Shown: in pieces, positions 10,031 to 19,192 of the stretch | Position numbering within the stretch: position 1 is the stretch's first letter | How the letters are laid out: every line of letters begins with the position of its first letter | Origin: Capsulimonadales bacterium | GTDB lineage: Bacteria; Armatimonadota; Armatimonadia; Armatimonadales; Armatimonadaceae | Length of the DNA: 64,000 nucleotides | Direction: 5' to 3' | Assembly (NCBI GenBank): GCA_033762295.1 | Contig: JANRLW010000064.1 | Coordinates: forward strand, 64,001 to 128,000 | The notes under the pieces: model-generated | Database searches by the model: none | The model's input: the letters and a program-made list of their open reading frames with translations, nothing else | What the model was told of the DNA's origin: nothing | Translations under genes and position numbers: made by a program

Positions 10031-10058
10031 AAACAAAACCCGGTCACGCCTGACCGGG
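10031..10058 (-). terminator. terminator-like hairpin in the nusA leader (possible attenuator)
   Basis: Minus strand CCCGGTCA-GGCG-TGACCGGG followed by TTTTGTTT. Confidence 0.55.
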
Positions 10059-10116
10059 GTAAAACTACGCAAAACCCGCTGCTTCGCCACCGAAAAGCGA
10101 GCCTCATCATTACGAC

Positions 10117-10142
10117 AAAAGAGCGGGCCAAAGCCCACTCTT
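10117..10142 (-). promoter_or_regulatory. rimP-leader-type attenuator hairpin upstream of nusA
   Basis: Minus strand AAGAGTGGGC-TTTG-GCCCGCTCTT-TT, resembling the hairpin known upstream of rimP-nusA-infB operons. Confidence 0.7.
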
Positions 10143-10226
10143 CATCAATCGGACGATGATGGACATCCGCGACCTCTGCCGACGGATGAGATAAGGTGGC
10201 GACGTTGCGCGAACTGCCAGTACCGT

Positions 10227-10255
10227 ATTATACCAAGGGAAAACTTCCCCCGCAA
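10227..10255 (-). promoter_or_regulatory. sigma70 promoter of nusA-ylxR-infB
   Basis: TTGCGG-17 nt-TATAAT with extended -10 TG. Confidence 0.75.
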
Positions 10256-10410
10256 ATGCCGCGTTCCCGCGAGGTATCGGACGGCGAACGGAACGACCGT
10301 AGGAGCAGGGCGGTATAGTGTCCTGTGGATTGTCCTGATGAGTGTTTTGTGTTCGGTCCGCGCCGGACAACGGACACGGACGCCGCCACAGGACGGAAGG
10401 AGAAAGGAAA

Positions 10411-11169
10411 ATGAGACTGCACACCGCCATTGGTTTGCCGGTCGTCGGTTTTTTCGTCGCGACGTTCGGTACCCCTGTATCCGTGTCGGCGCAGCCACCG
10501 GTCCCATCGGTTTCGATCGTCGAACGGTCGTCCGTGCCGGCGATCGTGGCGAGCGGCTCGGGCGAGGTGAATATAACGCCGAGCCTTGCGTACATCACCC
10601 TCGGAGTGGAAACCCGTGATGCCGATTCCGCCAGGGCAAGCACGCAAAACGCCGGGCGGATGGAACAGGTGATGAAAGTGATTCGCTCCCTGGGGGTCGC
10701 CGAAAAGGACCTGCAAACGGTCGGCTACAATATCTATCAGACCAACCAGACCGGAGCGAACGGAAAGCCGGAACGGAACTTTTACGTCGTCACGAACAGC
10801 GTCCGGGTCACCGTCCGTAAACTCGCCGACGTCGGGCGCATTATCGATGCCGCGACCCAAGTAGGAGCCAATGTCGCCGACGGCATCCGACTGGATGCGG
10901 AGGACGCGGCGAAGGAACAGGCGTACGACGAGGCCCTGGAAAAGGCGGTCGCCGCCGCTCTGCGCAAGGCGAGAACGATGGCGCGGGCGGGGAACGTCAC
11001 CTTACAGCGCCTGGTGGAGGTGACCGAGGAGGCGCGCGATATCGCCGTGCCGATGCCCGCGATGGCGATGGAACGGTTTTCGAAAGCGGAGACGCCGATT
11101 GCGGGAGGGGAACTGACCGTCCGGGCGAATGTTACCGTCCGGTATGCCATCGGCGGAACGGGTTTGTAG
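10411..11169 (+). CDS. SIMPL (DUF541) domain exported protein
   Basis: Signal peptide; GSGEVNITPSLAYITLGVET, NSVRVTVR, GELTVRANVTVRY. Confidence 0.9.
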   Translation: MRLHTAIGLPVVGFFVATFGTPVSVSAQPPVPSVSIVERSSVPAIVASGSGEVNITPSLAYITLGVETRDADSARASTQNAGRMEQVMKVIRSLGVAEKDLQTVGYNIYQTNQTGANGKPERNFYVVTNSVRVTVRKLADVGRIIDAATQVGANVADGIRLDAEDAAKEQAYDEALEKAVAAALRKARTMARAGNVTLQRLVEVTEEARDIAVPMPAMAMERFSKAETPIAGGELTVRANVTVRYAIGGTGL

Positions 11170-11175
11170 CAGGTC

Positions 11176-11211
11176 GCGCGGGGACCGGTAAAGTGGGGTA
11201 GGTCCCCGCGC
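11176..11211. terminator. inverted repeat between convergent genes
   Basis: GCGCGGGGACC ... GGTCCCCGCGC. Confidence 0.45.
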
Positions 11212-11218
11212 ATTTCCG

Positions 11219-12295
11219 TCAGAACGTGATCGTCCGACCGGTTTCAGCGGACGTGTAGATCGCTTCGAGCACCTCGGAGACGACGCAAGCCTGCTCGGGC
11301 AGGATCGTCAGCGGAGTGCCGTTCAGAATCGCCGAAACAAAGACCGCCATCTCGGTGTTCTCCGGTCGTTCGGGAGTCGCGTCGTAAAACGCCACGCCCT
11401 TGCCGCCCAGCTGGACCTCGTTGACATAAAGCTTGCTGTGCTTCTCGCCGTTGATGAAGAGGCCGCCCTTCATGTCCGCGCCGGCTTCCGATCCGTAGAG
11501 GGTGCACTTCGCTTCGTCGGTTTCACGGGCGTTGAGCGCCCAGGAGGATTCCAGGAAGATGGTCGCGCCGTTCTTCATCTTGATGAAGCCGAAGGCCGAG
11601 TCCTCGACCGTGTACACCTTCGGGTCCCAGGAACCCCACGCGTTGGCGGCGTTCTCACGATCCGCCAGCTTGCGGTAGACGGAACCGGTAACGGAGGCGA
11701 CCTCATAGTTATCCATCAGCCAGAGGGTCAGGTCAAGGGCGTGCGTGCCGATATCGATCAGCGGACCGCCGCCCTGCTTTTCGGCATCGAGGAACACGCC
11801 CCAGGTCGGAACGGCGCGTCGGCGGACGGCGTGCGCCTTGGCCATATAGATTTCGCCCAGTTCGCCCTCGCTGATAATCCGTTTCAGGTACTGGCTGTCG
11901 GCGCGATAGCGGGACTGGTAACCGACGGTCAGAATTTTGCCGGTACGCTTCGACGCCTCGACCATCGCGCGGGCGTCCGAGGCGGTCTTGGCCATCGGTT
12001 TCTCGGTCAGGACATGGAGACCCGCTTCCATCGCGGCGATCGCGATCTCGGCGTGCGAGTTGTTCGGCGTACAGACGTTGACGGCGTCCACCAGGCCCGA
12101 GGTAAGGAGTTCCCGATAATCGATGAACGATTTCGCGCCCTCGACGCCGTATTTCTGTGCGGCATCGACCGCCTTCTCCACCTCGATATCGCAAAATGCG
12201 GTCATCTCGACATTGTTCTGTCGTTTCAATGCGGGCATATGCTTGCCGTGGGCGATTCCGCCACAGCCAATGATTCCGATCCGTACCTTTTCCAT
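11219..12295 (-). CDS. Gfo/Idh/MocA family oxidoreductase
   Basis: IGIIGCGGIA, CTPNNSH, HVLTEKPMA, GGGPLIDIGTHALD; start trimmed to MEKVRIG. Confidence 0.92.
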   Translation of the reverse strand: MEKVRIGIIGCGGIAHGKHMPALKRQNNVEMTAFCDIEVEKAVDAAQKYGVEGAKSFIDYRELLTSGLVDAVNVCTPNNSHAEIAIAAMEAGLHVLTEKPMAKTASDARAMVEASKRTGKILTVGYQSRYRADSQYLKRIISEGELGEIYMAKAHAVRRRAVPTWGVFLDAEKQGGGPLIDIGTHALDLTLWLMDNYEVASVTGSVYRKLADRENAANAWGSWDPKVYTVEDSAFGFIKMKNGATIFLESSWALNARETDEAKCTLYGSEAGADMKGGLFINGEKHSKLYVNEVQLGGKGVAFYDATPERPENTEMAVFVSAILNGTPLTILPEQACVVSEVLEAIYTSAETGRTITF

Positions 12296-12430
12296 AGACA
12301 CAGGTCCTCTCTTGGGTAACGACGTAATATTCTCCGGAGAAAAGCGGTTTCCTTCCCGGTCGGAATGCCAGAGGGCAGTTTCCGGGAACCGATCCGGCGA
12401 CCGGGCCATACCGTTGGCAGGAGGGTTATC

Positions 12431-13405
12431 ATGAAGGCTGTTCGCGTACATGAGTTCGGCGGGCCGGAGGTTTTGCGGCTGGAGGAGATGGCGGACCCGA
12501 CGCCGGGGCCGGGATATGTCGTCATCGACGTCCGTGCGGTCGGAGTCAACCCGGTCGACGCCTATATTCGCAGCGGGAACTACGGACGCAACCGTCCGCT
12601 GCCGTATACGCCGGGAAGTGACGCTGCCGGGGTCGTCAGCGCGGTCGGCGAGGGCGTGACCAACGTGGCGGTCGGAGATCGTGTCTATACCGCCGGAACG
12701 CTGACCGGCGCCTATGCGGAAAAAACCTGCGCCGAGGCCGCCAGCGTGTACCGATTCCCCGATCAACTGACCTTTGCTCAGGCGGCGGGAATCAATGTGC
12801 CGTATGCCACCGCCTACCGTGCGCTGATTCAGCGGGCGCACGCCGTCGCCGGAGAGACGGTGCTGGTCCATGGCGCGTCCGGCGGCGTCGGAATCGCCTC
12901 GCTGCAGATCGCGCGCGCCCTCGGCCTGACCGTCGTCGGAACCGCGGGAACCGCGGAAGGACGCGAACTGGTTCTGCGGGAAGGCGCTCACGCCGCCTTT
13001 GATCATCGAGCCGATGGGTACCTCGAGGCCGCCGTGAAGGAAACGACCGGAGGAAAAGGGTTCGATGTCATTCTGGAGATGCTGGCGAATATCAATCTGG
13101 CAAAGGATCTGACCGCGCTCGCTCCCTTCGGGCGCGTGGTTGTGATCGGGAACCGGGGGACGATCGAAATCAATCCGCGCGAGACGATGAGCCGGGACGC
13201 CGCCATTCTGGGGATGTCTCTGTTTAACGTCCCGACGACCGAACTGCGCAGCATCCATGCCGCCCTGTTTGCCGGATTCGAAAACGGGACGCTCCGCCCC
13301 GTCGTCGGCCGGGAACTGCCGCTGTCCGCCGCCGCGCAGGCGCACGTCGATATTCTGTCGACGACCGGGGCGCACGGCAAGATCGTTCTGATTCCCGGTG
13401 CCTGA
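12431..13405 (+). CDS. qor: NADPH:quinone reductase (zeta-crystallin-like MDR)
   Basis: MKAVRVHEFGGPEVL, GVNPVD, PYTPGSDAAG, VHGASGGVG, GKIVL. Confidence 0.88.
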   Translation: MKAVRVHEFGGPEVLRLEEMADPTPGPGYVVIDVRAVGVNPVDAYIRSGNYGRNRPLPYTPGSDAAGVVSAVGEGVTNVAVGDRVYTAGTLTGAYAEKTCAEAASVYRFPDQLTFAQAAGINVPYATAYRALIQRAHAVAGETVLVHGASGGVGIASLQIARALGLTVVGTAGTAEGRELVLREGAHAAFDHRADGYLEAAVKETTGGKGFDVILEMLANINLAKDLTALAPFGRVVVIGNRGTIEINPRETMSRDAAILGMSLFNVPTTELRSIHAALFAGFENGTLRPVVGRELPLSAAAQAHVDILSTTGAHGKIVLIPGA

Positions 13406-13477
13406 ACCGAACGCGGAACGGACGGCCGAACCGCCCGCCTCGGTTACCGGGTGGGCGGCGACCGGCATACGTCGGTG

Positions 13478-14095
13478 TCAGACGCCGACGGGCGTCCTGG
13501 CGGAAACCGTCTCCTCGCGGCGTTTCACCTCGCGATACGCGGTGGCGAAGGCCGGAATGAAGCGCGATTCCCGTTCGAAGATCGTCAACTGTCGTTCGGG
13601 AGCGACCGTCAGCAGATCGGGCGGGACCGTATCGGCTGTGCGGCGCACCACGCCCTGCATCACCGCGAACGATTCCCGGAACGCCGGGAACGCCAGGTCC
13701 AGCGTCACCGTACAGGCGTTGACATGGCCCAGTGTCGTCCAGGCCGTCGCCGTTTCATACCGTTTTTGATAGTCACGGACCCTGCCCGGACTGTCCGTTA
13801 CCAGGACGCCCGGCAGGTCGATGTCCGTCGGGTCGCAGAAAACGACCACATACATCGTCCGATCGCGCAAAACGCCCTTGATCTCGCCGGCGTTCAGCGC
13901 AATATCGAAAACGGAATGAAGCGTTCGGACCGGGGAGTCGGCGCTGTCGCCGGTCAACCGCACGACGAGGAACTGTCGGTCGTCCGCCGGCGTCCGGAGG
14001 GTATCCGTCGCGGAACACTCCTCGCTGCGCACGATCCTTTCCGGAGCGCAAAGGCTCTCGCAAAGACTTACCCATTGTACGACAAAGTCACGCAT
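13478..14095 (-). CDS. hypothetical protein
   Basis: 205-aa ORF with SD-like AAGGAAG filling the gap; no family recognised. Confidence 0.55.
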   Translation of the reverse strand: MRDFVVQWVSLCESLCAPERIVRSEECSATDTLRTPADDRQFLVVRLTGDSADSPVRTLHSVFDIALNAGEIKGVLRDRTMYVVVFCDPTDIDLPGVLVTDSPGRVRDYQKRYETATAWTTLGHVNACTVTLDLAFPAFRESFAVMQGVVRRTADTVPPDLLTVAPERQLTIFERESRFIPAFATAYREVKRREETVSARTPVGV

Positions 14096-14313
14096 CGTCA
14101 CTTCTTCCTTTCGCAACATTACCAATCCTAGTATTGCCCTCTCGTTCGCCCGGCGAATCCGCCAATTGCCGGATTGAGGCCGGATGAAGTTCGGTGGGAG
14201 ACTCGGAGGGAGACCCGGAAATCCGCCGACGGAGGGACGTAGAGGCCGTTTGACAGCGAGACAATACGGTAACAATGGCGTCATTTGCCATCTCGAAAGC
14301 GAGGAAAAGGGTG

Positions 14314-15252
14314 ATGCAAACGGTACTCGGTGTGGACGGACGTTGTGGCGACAGGGTAGCCGCACAACTCTTACGACGGTTGGCGTTTCCCCATCCGGAC
14401 TGTGATGTGGTCAATGTGGTCGAATCGCTGCCGTTCCCCTGGTGGGGAGCCGGGGAAATGTCCTCCCCGGATGTGGTCGAGAAACTCCTGGAGGATCAGG
14501 AGGAGCGGGGGGCCGCGATTGTCTCCGATGCCAGCAAACTGATCGCTTCGACTTCGGCGCGGGTGCGAACGCTCGTTCGGCGTGGCGGCGCGGCGGACCA
14601 GTTAATGAGTCATGCGGACGAGATCAACGCCGATCTGATCGCGATCGCCGGATCGTCCCATACCAATCTGGGCGCGTTTCTGACCGGAAGCGTCGGACGA
14701 AGCCTGGTGCTCGGAGCGAAGCAAAGCTTGCTGATCGCCAAGGGAACCGCGGACAGTAGCCGTCCGTTGCGCGCCGTGCTGGCGACGGACCATTCGAGAT
14801 ATATGGACGAGTGCATCGAACTGCTGGCGCGATTCGCTCCGCAGGGGGCGGAGAATATCACCCTGCTGACCGCCTATCCGAAGTCCTATACGGAAGCGAT
14901 CCGCGCGTTCCTGCCGGAATTCATCCGGGACCCCGCCGCCTGGATTCGGGAAGGCATCGAACGGCGCAGCAGCGAGATCGCCGAACGGCTCAAACCGCTC
15001 GGAGCCACCGTCGATTTCCGCGTCAGCGATCTGAATCCGAATGAGGCGATCAAGCAGGTCATGGAGCAAAAGGAGGCGGACCTTCTGATTCTCGGGTCGC
15101 GCGGCCATGGTGGGCTGGAACGTATCCTGCTCGGAAGCGTGGCCTTTCATCAGGTCATCGGCGAACCGTATTCGACGCTGGTTTTGCGGGCACCGATAAA
15201 GGAACGCGCTCCGGAACCGAAACAGGCATCGGAAATGCCGATTCTCATCTGA
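14314..15252 (+). CDS. universal stress protein, two USP domains
   Basis: VLGVDG...ADLIAIAGS...FLTGSVG and VLATDHS...ADLLILGSRGHGGLERILLGSVA. Confidence 0.9.
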   Translation: MQTVLGVDGRCGDRVAAQLLRRLAFPHPDCDVVNVVESLPFPWWGAGEMSSPDVVEKLLEDQEERGAAIVSDASKLIASTSARVRTLVRRGGAADQLMSHADEINADLIAIAGSSHTNLGAFLTGSVGRSLVLGAKQSLLIAKGTADSSRPLRAVLATDHSRYMDECIELLARFAPQGAENITLLTAYPKSYTEAIRAFLPEFIRDPAAWIREGIERRSSEIAERLKPLGATVDFRVSDLNPNEAIKQVMEQKEADLLILGSRGHGGLERILLGSVAFHQVIGEPYSTLVLRAPIKERAPEPKQASEMPILI

Positions 15253-15263
15253 CCCGATCAAGG

Positions 15264-15299
15264 ACGCCCGGATACCTTTTCGGTATCCGGGCGTATTTT
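15264..15299 (+). terminator. intrinsic terminator after the USP gene
   Basis: ACGCCCGGATACC-TTTTC-GGTATCCGGGCGT followed by ATTTT. Confidence 0.8.
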
Positions 15300-15531
15300 G
15301 ATTTTTTGGAAAGCGTTCTGATTCCCCAACTTTCTTCCGGTCGTTCCCCGTTCATTAATGGCCATGCTTTGTTTCCGTGATTTTGGACATCGATCGCGGT
15401 ATCCCCGAAAATAGGCCGCACACAACGACCGTTTTTTCCGTTCAATACCCGGATGAGAAGGTTCCCAACCGCTCATACCCCGAATCGGCCGGCGCAGTGA
15501 CGGTTCGATACACGGAAGAAAGGAAATCCCT

Positions 15532-16368
15532 GTGAACTCATTTGAGGAGTTGATGCGAAGCCCTCTGCAACGTCGCGCATTTTTGACGCGAATGACCGCC
15601 GCGGGCCTCGGAAGCGCCGCCGTCGCGCTTCTTTCCGGCTGCGGCAGCCGAAGCGGTACGCTTTACCCGTCCCCGTTCACCGACCCCACCAACTTCCCCG
15701 GAATTCCGGGTCGCAACGCCGATGAGACGGTGCTGAATTATGCCCTGACCCTCGAAATTCTGGAAGCGGACCTGTACCGACAGGCGCTGAATCTGGCTTC
15801 CGGACGCTCCGTCGGCACCGCGCTGGACCCGACGCTGCCCGCCGGACCGACCGGTACGGGCAGCTACCGCCTCGCCGTCAGCCCGGGCGGCATCGCGGCG
15901 GATCGGGTCGCACCGGCGTTCGCCTACCTCGTACAGTACGCCTACGTGGAAGCGGCGCACCGTGACTTCCTGCAAACCGCGCTTGCTTCCCTCGGCGCGC
16001 CGGTCGCCCGCCCCAATGCGCAGGGGTATCGCGCCGACTTCGGCACCACCCTGGAATCGATTCTCACGGTGATCTATGCCATCGAGGAGACGGGGGTACG
16101 CGCCTACCTCGGCGCGGCGGGCTTTATGAACGATCCGCAACTGCTCACGACGGCCGTCGCCATTCATTCGACGGAGGCGCGGCATTCCGGCGCGGTCGCC
16201 TACGTTCTCGGACTCCCCGTCGGACCTCGATACCTGGGGGGCGATCGAAACGCGCTCAATCAGGCGCAATCGCCCAACCCGAGTCCCTATGGGGAAAACA
16301 CCTTCCAGTACTATCTGGAACCGAGGACCGTGCTGCAGGCCGTGCGCCCGTTCATCGTCGGAGCGTAA
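15532..16368 (+). CDS. ferritin-like domain protein (Ferritin_2) with Tat/lipoprotein signal
   Basis: QRRAFL twin-Arg, LLSGC lipobox; VLNYALTLEILEADLY, EAAH, EETGVRAYLGA, TEARH. Confidence 0.85.
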   Translation: MNSFEELMRSPLQRRAFLTRMTAAGLGSAAVALLSGCGSRSGTLYPSPFTDPTNFPGIPGRNADETVLNYALTLEILEADLYRQALNLASGRSVGTALDPTLPAGPTGTGSYRLAVSPGGIAADRVAPAFAYLVQYAYVEAAHRDFLQTALASLGAPVARPNAQGYRADFGTTLESILTVIYAIEETGVRAYLGAAGFMNDPQLLTTAVAIHSTEARHSGAVAYVLGLPVGPRYLGGDRNALNQAQSPNPSPYGENTFQYYLEPRTVLQAVRPFIVGA

Positions 16369-16386
16369 AGGAAAGGAAAGAAGATT

Positions 16387-17049
16387 ATGCCTCAGATGAC
16401 AGGCGCGGCAACAGGTCGCGTCACGCCCCCGTTGCGATTCTCCGATATCCCCGGCCAGGGCGATATCAAAGTGCTGAACTATGCCCTTGCCCTGGAAGCG
16501 TTGGAAGCGGACTTATACGCCCAGGCTCTGTTGCGTCTGACCGGCGGCGGGACGAATCAACTCGGGCGAACCATTCCGGGATTGGGCCTGAATGACAGTG
16601 CGCCGGATGTCCGTTACGTCCGGGAGTTCGGTCAGGTGGAGGCGCAGCATCGGGATTTCCTGAACGGCGCCCTGGGCGGGCAATCCATCCTGCTGTCCGC
16701 TCTGCGAACCGCACGGTTCGACTTCGGTATCGAAACGCAGAGCCGTCAGCAGGTCGTCGATCTGCTGTACACGGTGGAGAACCTCGGCACGCAGGCGTAC
16801 CTCGGCGCCATCAAGTTCTTCGCGACGAAGACCTACCTTCTGCCGGCGGGTGCGATTCAGGCGACCGAGGCGCGGCACACGGCAGTGATTGCCGCCATCT
16901 CCAACGCCCTGTTCGGACCGACCAAACTGACCGCTCCGCTGGCCGGTCAGACGGCCAACATCAACGGCCAGGTCAATACCGCCGGAATCGACAGCACGGC
17001 GGAACCGGATGCCGTCCTGGCGACCGCCTCTCCCTTCATCGTTCTTTGA
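16387..17049 (+). CDS. ferritin-like domain protein (Ferritin_2), no signal peptide
   Basis: VLNYALALEALEADLY, EAQH, ENLGTQAYLGA, TEARH. Confidence 0.85.
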   Translation: MPQMTGAATGRVTPPLRFSDIPGQGDIKVLNYALALEALEADLYAQALLRLTGGGTNQLGRTIPGLGLNDSAPDVRYVREFGQVEAQHRDFLNGALGGQSILLSALRTARFDFGIETQSRQQVVDLLYTVENLGTQAYLGAIKFFATKTYLLPAGAIQATEARHTAVIAAISNALFGPTKLTAPLAGQTANINGQVNTAGIDSTAEPDAVLATASPFIVL

Positions 17050-17057
17050 TTTTACAC

Positions 17058-17085
17058 GGCCCCCGAAAAATTCGGGGGCCTTTCT
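17058..17085 (+). terminator. intrinsic terminator after the ferritin-like pair
   Basis: GGCCCCCGAA-AAA-TTCGGGGGCC-TTTCT. Confidence 0.75.
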
Positions 17086-17156
17086 CCGCCCGGGTTGTGA
17101 AGCCTTTGACTACGGGAGGCGACTAAACGCCGTATCCGCCCGTTGAGGAGGTTGTC

Positions 17157-17849
17157 ATGCGCCAAGCCGTTACGATCCTGACCGCCCTGTTCGCCCTTGC
17201 CGTCCGTGCCGTGCCCGTCGCCGCCCAAAGCGGCGGGAGCGAGGAGATACGGACGCAATTCATGTTCCGTCATCTCCGCCCCAGCGCATTCGTCCGCCAG
17301 TTAACCGAGGTCGAACGGTTGCCGTCGCCGGTCGCCGGAGTCGCTCCCGTCCTGCCCTCGCCGGCGCCGCCGGTCCGTGATCTCTCGCAGATGATCCCCG
17401 ACGACGATCGGAATCGGCTGACCGTTCGTGGAACGAAGGAAGCCGTGGGCGTACTGAGAACCCTCGTCACTTTGCTCGATGTGCCCGAACGTCTCTCCAC
17501 CCTGCGATACCGGTTGTGGTTCCGCAAGCAAGGCAATACCGCGCGCGGGACCGTCGCGGCTGAAGGAGCGATCCCGGAGGCGAACCGGGGCCGGCATCGG
17601 ACGACGATGATTGTCGAACGGCTGCCGATCCGACTTGACACGCTGGCCCGAAGACACGGTAACGGGGCGCTGACCGTAGTAACGACGCTCGCCGTCGATG
17701 AAATCCGTGCGGGCGACAGGATACATCAGACACAGGTCACCGGAACGGTGCTGGTACGTCCCGGCGCACCTCGTTCGAAGAGTCCCCAGCTGGAACTGAC
17801 AACCCGAGACGGCATTTTCGAACTGGAACTACTGCCCGGTAAGGGCTGA
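17157..17849 (+). CDS. exported protein with a secretin N-domain (NolW-like) segment
   Basis: Signal peptide; FRHLRPS...IPDDDRNRLTVRGTKEAVGVLRTLVTLLDVP. Confidence 0.6.
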   Translation: MRQAVTILTALFALAVRAVPVAAQSGGSEEIRTQFMFRHLRPSAFVRQLTEVERLPSPVAGVAPVLPSPAPPVRDLSQMIPDDDRNRLTVRGTKEAVGVLRTLVTLLDVPERLSTLRYRLWFRKQGNTARGTVAAEGAIPEANRGRHRTTMIVERLPIRLDTLARRHGNGALTVVTTLAVDEIRAGDRIHQTQVTGTVLVRPGAPRSKSPQLELTTRDGIFELELLPGKG

Positions 17850-17949
17850 AGCGAATATTCAAACCCGCAAAAACGGGGCGATGCGTCGATCAGGGGACGC
17901 GTCGATAAGCCTCACCGCCGGAACCGATTCGGGGTGTATAATCGTTACC

Positions 17950-18639
17950 GTGAAGGAAACCACGGGACAACGACGACGGGGGCGACGTCCGGCGGATGCG
18001 GGCATTCGGCGGCAAGCGGTGGAAAAAGCGATCGCCGACCTGACGGAGGGCGGCGTTCCTTTTTCCATGCAGGACGTCGCCGAACGGGCCGGAATCTCGC
18101 GTGCGACCCTCTACCGGGACGCCAACCTGCGGGATCTCGTCGGCGCGGCGGGGGAAGGTCCCGCCCTTCGTCCGGTCACGGGCCGTGAATACGATCAATT
18201 GAAGGAGCGAGCGGAAACGCTCGCCCGTGAACAACGTCGCCTGAAACTTGCCCTGCGTCAGGCGGAGGACCGGGCGCGAGCCGCCGAGCAGCGGGTGATG
18301 GAACTCACCGACGCGCATTCGGAACGGGAGCGCGCCGGTCGAAACGCTCAGGAACCGCCGACCAACGCCGAACTGGAGCAGGCGCGGAAGGAAGCCTACG
18401 CCGACGGGTTTGCCGCCGGAGTGCGGGCCGCCGGGCCAAGGGGCGGTGTGGGTGCGGGACGCAGCGGAAGCGAACTCGGCGCGGTGGCGGCCCGTCTGCC
18501 GAAAGCCGCGCTTCTCAACGCTCGTAGGACCCTGGTTCGCGCACTGCACCCCGACCTGTTCGCGCAGGACCCCGCCGCCGCCCTGCTCGCCACCGAATTG
18601 TTGAAACAGCTCAACGCGGTCACGCAGAGCAATCGATAA
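17950..18639 (+). CDS. HTH + coiled-coil + J-domain-like (HPD) protein
   Basis: FSMQDVAERAGISRATLYR HTH; Glu/Arg-rich coil; ARRTLVRALHPDLF...ATELLKQLN; GTG 7 nt after TATAAT. Confidence 0.7.
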   Translation: MKETTGQRRRGRRPADAGIRRQAVEKAIADLTEGGVPFSMQDVAERAGISRATLYRDANLRDLVGAAGEGPALRPVTGREYDQLKERAETLAREQRRLKLALRQAEDRARAAEQRVMELTDAHSERERAGRNAQEPPTNAELEQARKEAYADGFAAGVRAAGPRGGVGAGRSGSELGAVAARLPKAALLNARRTLVRALHPDLFAQDPAAALLATELLKQLNAVTQSNR

Positions 18640-18664
18640 GATGGGCGTGCCGACCGTCCGTGAA

Positions 18665-18952
18665 CTAACGCGGAACGCTCGAGTACATCCGACCATCGCG
18701 GCTGTAAACGGTTTTCGCCGTTCCGGTCGCCCGGGAGGACGCCGTCCGGATTTCCGATTGCGCCACGCTCTCCGTCACGGCGTTGACATAGTTCTGAAGG
18801 CAGATTACCGATAACGTCATAAACAGCAGGACGACGATCAGGCCGCCCGACTTGATCCGCACCACCTTGCCATTTCCCTCGATGTCCACCGCCATATTTT
18901 TCAGATAGATCGTCATTTTCACTCCGGGGCGATGTATTTCGGTCATCGCCAT
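18665..18952 (-). CDS. small hypothetical single-TM protein (start uncertain)
   Basis: ORF with hydrophobic GLIVVLLFMTLSVICL; fills the gap. Confidence 0.4.
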   Translation of the reverse strand: MAMTEIHRPGVKMTIYLKNMAVDIEGNGKVVRIKSGGLIVVLLFMTLSVICLQNYVNAVTESVAQSEIRTASSRATGTAKTVYSRDGRMYSSVPR

Positions 18953-19192
18953 ATTTATTAAGGACACTTAAAGAACAGGCATCTTTCATGCCGCTTCGGG
19001 CCATGCTTCTGTGAAAAAAAAGACAGCGGGTTCCGGACCCCGCAGGGATACCGGGGAATCCCTGGAGAGTCAGGGACAGGGTCCGGTCCGGCTCTCCGCA
19101 GGTAAAGAGAGGAATTCGGGAGGCATCGGGCGAATCCTGCATAGCCGATGCCGCCGGTTGGCGGCACCGAGCCGGATGCCGGAGCAGGGATA

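Noticed and set aside
9908..10138. 76-aa ORF at the usual rimP position
   Set aside because: No RimP motifs (e.g. LEVSSPG), too short, and it starts inside the leader hairpin.
5980..10619. Long plus-strand ORFs (696 aa, 642 aa) opposite infB and nusA, and similar shadows at 28864-30306, 35581-37629, 40700-42598 and 58074-59399
   Set aside because: Antisense shadows expected from high-GC codon bias; no motifs; they overlap clearly real genes.
12296..13468. N-terminal extension of the 749-aa ORF (also extensions of the 836-, 534-, 610- and 556-aa ORFs)
   Set aside because: They run over other real genes or precede SD-supported internal starts; trimmed rather than treated as fusions.
18970..19190. 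GGAGAG...CTCTCC..AGGTAAAG resembling a glycine riboswitch upstream of the ABC ATPase
   Set aside because: Lacks the GCCGAAG core and tandem architecture.
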